Shown here in pieces: positions 10,161-17,914 of a DNA stretch of 32,000 bases. The notes under the pieces were generated by a model. That model ran no database searches. It was not told the DNA's origin and saw nothing but the letters and a program-made list of their open reading frames with translations. Position numbers and translations under genes: made by a program. Source of the stretch: Candidatus Kuenenia stuttgartensis (GTDB lineage Bacteria; Planctomycetota; Brocadiia; Brocadiales; Brocadiaceae); NCBI RefSeq assembly GCF_900232105.1, contig NZ_LT934425.1, forward strand, positions 4,080,001 through 4,112,000. Reading direction: 5' to 3'. Position 1 is the stretch's first letter. Every line of letters starts with the position of its first letter.

Positions 10161-12549
10161 CTGGACACTTTTATATGAAGACTTTAAACCTTCCATGGAA
10201 AGCCTCAGAGAAGCCCTTTGTACACTGGGAAACGGATATTTCGCAACACGTGGTACCTCGCCGGAATCTGAGGCTGACGAGATTCATTATCCCGGTACTT
10301 ATCTCGCTGGAGGCTATAACCGGTTGAAAACTGATATTGCAGGCCGTGTAGTAGAAAATGAAGACTTGGTGAATATGCCAAACTGGTTACTCACGAAATT
10401 CCGGCCTGAAGGCGGCGACTGGTTTAATCTGATGACCGTCGACATTCTTTCCTATCGGCAGGAACTCAACATGAAAGAGGGCATTCTCTCAAGAACAGTG
10501 AGATTCAGAGATAGACAAAATCGCGAAACAACATTGATTCAACGGCGTTTTGTACATATGGCAAATATGCATCTTGCAGCGCTTGAAATTACAATCATAC
10601 CTGAGAATTGGTCAGGGCGTATTCAAATACTCTCCGCCATGGACGGAACTATTATCAATGCAGGAGTTGAACGTTATAAGCAGTTAAACAGCAAACATCT
10701 TGCGCCTGTAAAAAGCGGAAAAGCCGATAATGACATAATTTATCTGCTTGTAGAGACCAATCAATCTCATATCCGTGTGGCAGAGGCTGCAAGAACCCGT
10801 GTTTATATTGAGGGTGAACAGATAGAAGTTGAAAGAAAGCCTGTTGAAGAGCCCGGCTATATTGCTCAGGAATTTTTTATTGAGGCAGTAAATAATACGC
10901 CTGTGACAATTGAAAAGATTGTTTCTTTTTATGCATCTAAAGACTTTGCCATTTCCGAACCTGCTCAGGATGCTGTTGAAGCTCTCAGGCATACCGGCAA
11001 TTTCAAAGAATTATTCGAGCGCCATGCTATGGAATGGAACCATCTCTGGTACAAATGCGACATTCAGATAGCGGACAATGACCGTACACAGATGATTCTC
11101 CGCCTGCACATATTTCATATGCTACAGACGGTTTCCAGAAACTCGATTGATCTGGATATAGGTGTACCTGCAAGGGGTTGGCACGGAGAGGCATACAGGG
11201 GGCATATTTTCTGGGATGAGTTGTTTATCTTTCCATATCTCAATTTGAGAATTCCAGTGCTTACCAGAGCTCTGCTGCTTTACAGATACAGGCGGTTAAA
11301 CAGATCTCGCATTGCCGCTCAAGAGGCGGGATTTAGAGGCGCACTCTATCCATGGCAAAGCGGAAGCGACGGAAGGGAGGAAACACAACAGCTTCATCTT
11401 AATCCCAAATCAGGCCGCTGGCTTCCGGACAACACACACCTCCAGCGCCATGTAAATGCAGCTATAGCGTATAACGTCTGGCAGTACTTCGAAACAACAG
11501 AAGATCTGGAATTTATGGCTACATATGGCACGGAAATGATTCTTGAAATCGCCAGATTTCTGTCAAGCCTCACCTCTTATAACAGAGAAATAGACCGCTA
11601 TGAAATACTCGGTGTCATGGGGCCTGACGAATATCATGATAAATATCCTGACGCTGAAAAACCTGGGCTGAATAACAATGCCTATACAAATGTGATGACC
11701 GTCTGGGTATTGCGTACTGCTATTAAAGCCCTCAACAAGCTGAACCCTAAAAGGAGGTATGACCTTCTGGAAATAATTGGCTTGGAGAAAACCGAGATCG
11801 GACAGTGGCAGGACATTATCCATAAAATGAAGGTTGTCTTTCATGATGATGGCATAATCAGCCAGTTCGAGGGATACAATGAGTTAGCTGAATTCGACTG
11901 GGATGGTTATATCAAAAAATATGGAGATATACAGCGTCTTGACCGTATTCTGGAGGCGGAAGGAGATACAACCAACCGCTATAAGGCTTCAAAGCAAGCG
12001 GACGTACTCATGCTTTTTTATCTCTTTTCTGCAGAGGAACTGCACGAACTTTTTAAAGAAATGGGATACGATTTTGATCCACAAATTATTCCAAAGAACA
12101 TAGAATACTATCTTAAGCGATGCTCTAACGGTTCTACCCTCAGCAATATTGTCCTATCGTGGGTTCTTGCCAGGTCAGATCGTACGGGATCATGGAATAT
12201 TTTTAATAAGGCACTGGAAAGCGATATCTCGGATATACAGGGAGGCACTACACACGAAGGCATACATCTGGGCGCAATGGCTGGGACTGTTGATATTCTC
12301 CAGCAGTGCTATACAGGTATAGCATTCTGTGATGAGATGCTCCATCTGAATCCGAAAATTCCTGAAGGTTTGCAAAGACTCATGTTAAAGATAAAGTATA
12401 GGGGGAACTGGTTTGATATCAACATAACACCGGATGCATTGGCCATTACCTCAAGCAAAGAAAGAGACATAATAACGAAAATTTGTTTCCGCGAAAAGAT
12501 ATATGAAATTAAACCTGGCGACACTTTAAATTTTGATATAAAGGTATAA
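10153..12549 (+). CDS. Glycoside hydrolase family 65 disaccharide phosphorylase (trehalose / trehalose-6-P / kojibiose phosphorylase family; acceptor unknown)
   Basis: About 798 aa. GH65 N-terminal block (LREALCTLGNGYFATRG...HYPGTYLAGGYNRL), central catalytic (alpha/alpha)6 region with HGEAYRGHIFWD, and the putative catalytic-acid motif VMGPDEYH. AGGAGG lies 5 nt before the ATG at 10153. There is an 8-nt overlap (ATGAATAA) with the upstream fusion gene. Confidence 0.9.
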   Translation: MNNWTLLYEDFKPSMESLREALCTLGNGYFATRGTSPESEADEIHYPGTYLAGGYNRLKTDIAGRVVENEDLVNMPNWLLTKFRPEGGDWFNLMTVDILSYRQELNMKEGILSRTVRFRDRQNRETTLIQRRFVHMANMHLAALEITIIPENWSGRIQILSAMDGTIINAGVERYKQLNSKHLAPVKSGKADNDIIYLLVETNQSHIRVAEAARTRVYIEGEQIEVERKPVEEPGYIAQEFFIEAVNNTPVTIEKIVSFYASKDFAISEPAQDAVEALRHTGNFKELFERHAMEWNHLWYKCDIQIADNDRTQMILRLHIFHMLQTVSRNSIDLDIGVPARGWHGEAYRGHIFWDELFIFPYLNLRIPVLTRALLLYRYRRLNRSRIAAQEAGFRGALYPWQSGSDGREETQQLHLNPKSGRWLPDNTHLQRHVNAAIAYNVWQYFETTEDLEFMATYGTEMILEIARFLSSLTSYNREIDRYEILGVMGPDEYHDKYPDAEKPGLNNNAYTNVMTVWVLRTAIKALNKLNPKRRYDLLEIIGLEKTEIGQWQDIIHKMKVVFHDDGIISQFEGYNELAEFDWDGYIKKYGDIQRLDRILEAEGDTTNRYKASKQADVLMLFYLFSAEELHELFKEMGYDFDPQIIPKNIEYYLKRCSNGSTLSNIVLSWVLARSDRTGSWNIFNKALESDISDIQGGTTHEGIHLGAMAGTVDILQQCYTGIAFCDEMLHLNPKIPEGLQRLMLKIKYRGNWFDINITPDALAITSSKERDIITKICFREKIYEIKPGDTLNFDIKV

Positions 12550-12736
12550 ATGCCAATGGGCGTATTCCCGATTTTTTGTAAATCTTCACACCCGAGGTTT
12601 GCCTTTGTCGCGATGCTTTTCCTGTTGTTTGGCAAGAATCAGGCTTATAATAGCTGTTTAATAACTTTTATATTCATAATATATATAAAATCAAGATAAT
12701 TTGGTTCTGGCTTACCACAGGTTAAAGTTGTTGGTA

Positions 12737-14422
12737 TTATGCCCGTGTTAAGTGTCTGTATTTGATGCGATGAGGCTGGTCGGAGGCGGAGCCAATGCGT
12801 CTTTTTCTCTCTTCCTCGTATTCAGTATAGTTTCCCTCAAACCAGATAACCTTGCTATCCCCCTCAAAAGCAAGAATGTGGGTGGCAATCCTGTCAAGGA
12901 ACCAGCGGTCATGGCTTATCACCACAGCGCAGCCGGAAAAGTTTTCCAACGCATCCTCGAGGGCACGCATGGTATTTACATCAAGATCATTTGTTGGTTC
13001 ATCGAGCAGGAGGACGTTTGCGCCTTCTTTTAACATACAGGCAAGATGCACCCTGTTTCTTTCCCCTCCGGAAATAGCGTTCACCGGTTTTTGCTGATCC
13101 GCACCTGAAAAGTTAAATCGCGCCACATATGCGCGTGAGTTGACCTCTCTGCTGCCGATTTGAATTATGTCGTTACCGCCGGATATTGTCTCCCATATCG
13201 TTTTATTCGGATCGAGGGTTTCACGGCTCTGGTCTGCATATGCTAGTTTTACCGACTCCCCTATCCTGATTGTTCCGTTATCCGGCTTCTCTTGTCCGGT
13301 AATCATCCGGAACAATGTAGTTTTCCCGGCACCGTTAGGGCCAATGATGCCTACAATTCCACCACGCGGCAGTGAAAACGTCATATTCTCTATCAAAATA
13401 CGGTCTCCGTATGATTTGAAAACCTTATCCGCCTCAATAACTAAATTCCCCAATCTCGGTCCTGGCGGGATGTAAATCTCCAGTTCTTTTATTTGTTTCT
13501 CGGTTTGTTGCGCAAGCAATGATTCATAAGAATTGATTCGCGCCTTTGATTTTGCGTGCCGTCCCTTCGGACTCATCCGGATCCATTCCAGCTCGCGTTG
13601 CAATGTCTTTTGCCGTTCAGTCTCTTGTTTTTCTTCCTGTTGCAATCTTTTCTGTTTTTGATCAAGCCATGAAGAATAGTTACCCTTCCATGGTATACCA
13701 TATCCGCGGTCAAGTTCTAATATCCAGCCGGCGACATTATCAAGAAAATACCGGTCGTGCGTCACAGCAATCACTGTTCCTTCATATTTCAGCAAGTGTT
13801 GCTCCAGCCAGGCAACCGTTTCAGCATCGAGGTGGTTCGTCGGTTCATCCAAAAGCAGGATGTCCGGTTTTTTTAAGAGCAATCTGCAAAGCGCCACACG
13901 CCGTTTTTCTCCACCTGATAATATCTTTACCGGTGTATTTCCCTCAGGGCAACGTAGCGCATCCATTGCCATTTCAAGCCGGGAATCAAGGTCCCAGGCA
14001 TTAAGCGCGTCAATCTTTTCCTGAACCGCCCCCTGCCTTTCTATCAAAGCATTCATTTCATCGCCTGACATTGGTTCTGCAAATTGTTCGTTTATACGGT
14101 TATATTCATTGTGGAGATCTACCAATTCCTGGACGCCTTCTTCCACAATCTGACGCGCCGTTTTTGTTTCGTCAAGCAAGGGTTCCTGTTCAAGAAATCC
14201 TACCGTATATCCCTGTGAAAGCGTTACCTGTCCGTTATAATTCTCGTCTACTCCTGCCATTATGCGTAAAAGAGAACTCTTTCCCGAACCATTTAAACCA
14301 AGCACGCCAATCTTAGCGCCGTAAAAATAGGAAAGCGAGATGTCTTTTAATACGGGTTTTTTTTCATAAAACTTGCTCACACTGTTCATGGAATAAATAA
14401 CTTTGTTCGGTTGATTGCTCAT
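12737..14422 (-). CDS. ettA: ABC-F ATPase, energy-dependent translational throttle protein EttA
   Basis: 561 aa with no TM domain and two ABC cassettes: Walker A GLNGSGKS and GPNGAGKT; signatures LSGGEKRR and ISGGERNR. N-terminus (...GAKIGVLGLNGSGKSSLLRIMAGVD) and length match EttA/YjjK. Confidence 0.9.
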   Translation of the reverse strand: MSNQPNKVIYSMNSVSKFYEKKPVLKDISLSYFYGAKIGVLGLNGSGKSSLLRIMAGVDENYNGQVTLSQGYTVGFLEQEPLLDETKTARQIVEEGVQELVDLHNEYNRINEQFAEPMSGDEMNALIERQGAVQEKIDALNAWDLDSRLEMAMDALRCPEGNTPVKILSGGEKRRVALCRLLLKKPDILLLDEPTNHLDAETVAWLEQHLLKYEGTVIAVTHDRYFLDNVAGWILELDRGYGIPWKGNYSSWLDQKQKRLQQEEKQETERQKTLQRELEWIRMSPKGRHAKSKARINSYESLLAQQTEKQIKELEIYIPPGPRLGNLVIEADKVFKSYGDRILIENMTFSLPRGGIVGIIGPNGAGKTTLFRMITGQEKPDNGTIRIGESVKLAYADQSRETLDPNKTIWETISGGNDIIQIGSREVNSRAYVARFNFSGADQQKPVNAISGGERNRVHLACMLKEGANVLLLDEPTNDLDVNTMRALEDALENFSGCAVVISHDRWFLDRIATHILAFEGDSKVIWFEGNYTEYEEERKRRIGSASDQPHRIKYRHLTRA

Positions 14423-14700
14423 TTTGGCATGCCTCCGGGAAAAATTGTTACATGGTTTTTTCTGCTTGTATTCTTAATATGAATCAGCATGTGCATAACT
14501 ATAAAAGAATTTTGCCTGCTTAGCAAGCCTGCGGTAGAACTCTTCCATAAACTGTACCGTCGGCAATCGACAATCTACAGTCGGCAAATTGAGATTGAAA
14601 TTATTATTAAAACCTCAACTTATTGAAAAGTTACCATAAAGCACACTTTTTCCGTCAATTTTTTCGCTCCATGCAGAGACGCACAACAACGCTTCCCAAC

Positions 14701-14728
14701 ATTAGTCATTAGTCATTAGTCATTGGTC
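14701..14728. repeat. Tandem heptamer (ATTAGTC)x3 + ATTGGTC
   Basis: ATTAGTCATTAGTCATTAGTCATTGGTC, read directly. It lies in the ettA/lysC divergent intergenic region. Confidence 0.9.
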
Positions 14729-14752
14729 AACTGCCGACTGAAGAAAGGATCA

Positions 14753-14798
14753 TTAAATATTTTGCCGGAAAATGTAAAGAAATTACTGATAAGGTACT
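14753..14798 (+). repeat. Two-box intergenic element (14-nt box TTAAATATTTTGCC + 19-nt box AAATTACTGATAAGGTACT), copy 1
   Basis: Both boxes recur perfectly at 25812-25825 and 25861-25879. The spacer is 13 nt here and 35 nt there. Confidence 0.8.
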
Positions 14799-15036
14799 AT
14801 GTTCTCTACAGTTAAAATATTGGCTATTATTATCGTTAAAAATGATTTGACTTTGTTTAACTCTTTTTATAATCTTGATAAAAATTTTCTTTTAGCTATT
14901 CATAGCACACAAAGCCGCAATCAAAAAGAGTTTAACCACGAAACACTATGGGCACAAAGAAAAACTTACAAAAGAAAGATGTTTTTACAGGGTAATACTA
15001 TATTCACCATTACATTTTTTATCATAAGAGCGACTC

Positions 15037-16278
15037 ATGGGACTAATTGTTCAAAAATTTGGCGGTACTTCTGTTGCTGATGCTGAACGCATAAAGGCTG
15101 CTGCCAGGCGAGTTACAGAAACATATGATGCCGGGAATAAAGTGATTGTTGTTGTTTCTGCGAGGGGACAAACAACTGATGAACTTATTGAACTTGCAAA
15201 TGAAATTATTGATAAACCTTCTACACGCGAAATGGATATGTTATTATCAACGGGCGAACAGGTTTCTATTGCCCTCATGGCAATGGCGATTCATGCGCTT
15301 GGGTATCCTGCAATATCATTTACCGGTGGTCAGGTGGGTATCGTTACGGATAGTTTTCACACGAAGGCGCGCATCCGCAACATCAATGCAGACCGAATCC
15401 GCAAGGAATTAGATAATGGCTCCATTGTTATTGTAGCGGGTTTTCAGGGCATTGACGTAAATGAAAACATAACCACCCTGGGAAGAGGCGGTTCTGATAC
15501 TACGGCAGTCGCCCTCGCATCTATTCTGCATGCGGACAGATGTGATATTTTTACGGACGTGGATGGAATTTATACCGCCGACCCAAGAAAGGTGCCAAAT
15601 GCCAGAAAACTCAATAAAATCTCGTATGATGAGATTTTAGAGCTTGCGAGCCTGGGCGCCCAGGTAATGCACTCGCGCTCGATAGAATTTGCAAAAAAAT
15701 ACAATGTGCCTTTATACGTTCGCTCAAGTTTCAACAACTCTGAAGGAACATTGATATGTAAGGAGATTGATGATATGGAAAACATTGTTGTAAGCGGTGC
15801 AACCGTCAGCAAAAACGATGCAAAAATTACTATCAGGTCTATTCCTGATGTTCCCGGCCAGGCGGCAAAAATATTTCACGAGATCGCGAAAAAAAATATT
15901 AATGTGGACATGATCATTCAAAACGCAAGTGTCGAAGGACGCGCTGACGTAACGTTTACTGTACCGCGAAGTGATTTGAAAAACGCGCTGGAAACTGCAG
16001 AAAAGATAAAAAAGGACCTCTGGGCAATGGAGGTTTTATACGATGACAAAATCGCTAAACTATCCGTAGTAGGGATAGGCATGCGGAGCCATTGTGGTGT
16101 AGCGGAAAAGATGTTCAGTATCCTTGCTGAAGAAAAAATTAACATACAGATGATTAGTACCTCTGAAATAAAAATATCCTGCATAATCGATGAAGCTCAC
16201 GCCGAACGGGCATTAAATGCAGTGCATAAAATATTTGGATTAAACCTCGTCAAAAACGAAGTGGCCGCTAAGGTCTAA
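15037..16278 (+). CDS. lysC: Aspartate kinase (monofunctional, with two C-terminal ACT domains)
   Basis: 413 aa. MGLIVQKFGGTSVAD start, the GFQG...TTLGRGGSDTTAVALA block, and a C-terminal ACT pair (...AKLSVVGIGMRSHCGVAEKMFSILAEEKINIQMISTSEIKIS). Confidence 0.95.
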   Translation: MGLIVQKFGGTSVADAERIKAAARRVTETYDAGNKVIVVVSARGQTTDELIELANEIIDKPSTREMDMLLSTGEQVSIALMAMAIHALGYPAISFTGGQVGIVTDSFHTKARIRNINADRIRKELDNGSIVIVAGFQGIDVNENITTLGRGGSDTTAVALASILHADRCDIFTDVDGIYTADPRKVPNARKLNKISYDEILELASLGAQVMHSRSIEFAKKYNVPLYVRSSFNNSEGTLICKEIDDMENIVVSGATVSKNDAKITIRSIPDVPGQAAKIFHEIAKKNINVDMIIQNASVEGRADVTFTVPRSDLKNALETAEKIKKDLWAMEVLYDDKIAKLSVVGIGMRSHCGVAEKMFSILAEEKINIQMISTSEIKISCIIDEAHAERALNAVHKIFGLNLVKNEVAAKV

Positions 16279-17495
16279 TTTTCGTTTGTACGCGTAAGTT
16301 TCGGCTGATAAATACAATATGGTTCTTCCGCCAAATAGTTTCCTGTATCGTAAAATGCACGAGCCCTGCACCCTTCGCAGACTTTTTTGTATTCACAGTC
16401 CCCGCACTTGCCCTCTAATAAATCCGGATTTCGCAGCTTTTCAAATACCGGAGAATTTTTCCAGATATCTGCAAATTTTTGTTTCTTTACATGTCCCGCT
16501 TCGACGGGCAAATAACCGCAGGGGAAAACCTCCCCTTTATGGGAAACAAAACAAACGCCTGTACCCGCCAAACACCCCTTTGTCATCGCAGCCATACCAT
16601 GGGTTTGGGGAGATATTGTAATCCCTTCCTCTTTTGCCCGTTCTCTCATGATACGAAAATAATGCGGCGCACAGGTAGCCTTCGTCTGAATTTTTGCTTC
16701 TTTTGATAAATCATAGAAATGATTGAGTACTTCTTCGTATTTGGCGGGATGAAGCATTTGATCATCCGCAATCTGAACCCCGCAACCCACAGGCACCAGC
16801 ATAAAAACATGTAGCGCATCAGCACCCAGCTCTAAAGCCAATTTGTACATATCATCTATTTGTTCAACATTATGTTTGGCAATCGTGCAATTTATTTGCA
16901 TACTCATGCCCAGATTTTTCAATCTTTTAAAGCCTTCCATTGAACGCTTGAACGAACCGGGTATTTTTCGAAAATCGTCGTGCGTTTTTTCGTCTGCGCC
17001 ATCAAAGCTGATAGAAACCCTGGCAATGCCTGCATCAACAATTTTTCTTGCCACATCGTCTTCAACAAGTGTACCATTTGTAGCTAATGCAACGCTTAGC
17101 CCTTTGCTTACCGCATGTTTTGCAATATCGAAGATATCCGGACGAAAGAGAGGCTCTCCCCCACTCAATACCAAAATTGGATTGCCCACCTCCACGATAG
17201 CATCAACAAATTCAAAGGCTTCTTTTGTAGACATATCGTCTTTTGCAAGAGTAGTACTTACATCAAGCCTGCGGCAATGTATACACTCCAGATTACAGCC
17301 GACAGTCGTCTCCCAAAACACAAGCCTTAACTGATTTTTCATATTTTTCATATATTCAACTGCAGATTTACCTGATGTATCATGTTTCATACGATCATAC
17401 GTCTGTCTGATTGTTTCCGGATGATCACCATGGCCATGAGGCGTCGGGTGGCTGCTTTTTTGTTTTTGTTCAGTGTGCAAAGTGTTTTCCTCCAT
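16275..17495 (-). CDS. Radical SAM / SPASM-domain protein of the AhbD / NirJ (heme or heme d1 maturation) type
   Basis: CxxxCxxC (GCNLECIHC) about 65 aa from the ORF start. C-terminal auxiliary-cluster cysteines (CAPHYF..., GCLAGTGVCFVSHKGEVFPCGY, GKCGDCEYKKVCEGCRARAF). The start is uncertain: ATG at 17495, 17390, 17351 or 17342. Confidence 0.8.
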   Translation of the reverse strand: MEENTLHTEQKQKSSHPTPHGHGDHPETIRQTYDRMKHDTSGKSAVEYMKNMKNQLRLVFWETTVGCNLECIHCRRLDVSTTLAKDDMSTKEAFEFVDAIVEVGNPILVLSGGEPLFRPDIFDIAKHAVSKGLSVALATNGTLVEDDVARKIVDAGIARVSISFDGADEKTHDDFRKIPGSFKRSMEGFKRLKNLGMSMQINCTIAKHNVEQIDDMYKLALELGADALHVFMLVPVGCGVQIADDQMLHPAKYEEVLNHFYDLSKEAKIQTKATCAPHYFRIMRERAKEEGITISPQTHGMAAMTKGCLAGTGVCFVSHKGEVFPCGYLPVEAGHVKKQKFADIWKNSPVFEKLRNPDLLEGKCGDCEYKKVCEGCRARAFYDTGNYLAEEPYCIYQPKLTRTNEN

Positions 17496-17679
17496 AGTTT
17501 TTTGTATTCATTTTTGACCGACATAATAAGGATTCTTATTATAGAAAATACCCGTAGTTTGGTCAATTAAGAAAACAAACTTTCCTTAAAGCCCTTGTTT
17601 AAAAACAAAAAAGTACTTTGCCGGAAAACGGACATCAACATATAATGATGTAGAGAGAAACCTCGTTAGCCTTTTAAAC

Positions 17680-17708
17680 TTGACAATATATTTTATCATT
17701 GATACCAT
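17680..17708 (+). promoter_or_regulatory. Candidate sigma70-type promoter for the cimA leader
   Basis: TTGACA (17680-17685), a 17-nt spacer, then TACCAT (17703-17708). It lies in the divergent intergenic region, about 205 nt upstream of the cimA ATG. Confidence 0.35.
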
Positions 17709-17839
17709 TTAACCTCATTGTAACTTATAGTTATACAATATATTATTTATAACTAATTGCTTATTTCTTAAGCACTTACATAACTAATCACTCTATTTAC
17801 TTAATCATTTAGTTTTCTCACCAGGCATACTAAAACCTC

Positions 17840-17884
17840 CCCCCATTTTTCTTATTTTGCTATGGAAAATGGGGGTATTTTTTG
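17840..17884 (+). terminator. Intrinsic-terminator-like hairpin inside the cimA 5' leader (possible attenuator)
   Basis: CCCCCATTTTTC (17840-17851) pairs with GGAAAATGGGGG (17864-17875). That gives 12 bp including one G-U, with a 12-nt loop, followed by TATTTTTTG. Confidence 0.55.
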
Positions 17885-17914
17885 TCAATAAAAATTGTAA
17901 CAACAACACTAATT

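Noticed and set aside
12550-12736. Terminator or small RNA between the convergent GH65 and ettA genes
   Set aside because: Only a 3-bp GGG/CCC stem before a T-run (about 12558-12580) was found, which is too weak to call. No tRNA-like structure was seen.
14800-15036. Lysine riboswitch (L-box) or other leader upstream of lysC, and the 93-aa ORF at 14799-15080
   Set aside because: The region is AT-rich with no G-rich L-box core helices or terminator. The ORF overlaps the well-supported lysC start out of frame and has no recognisable features.
17715-17890. Leader-peptide attenuation or a T-box upstream of cimA
   Set aside because: There is no ATG between 17715 and 17861. The only mini-ORF (MENGGIFCQ, 17862-17891) lies inside the terminator and has no Ile/Leu/Val run. 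No T-box (UGGNACC-type) or specifier features were seen. The terminator itself is kept as a finding.
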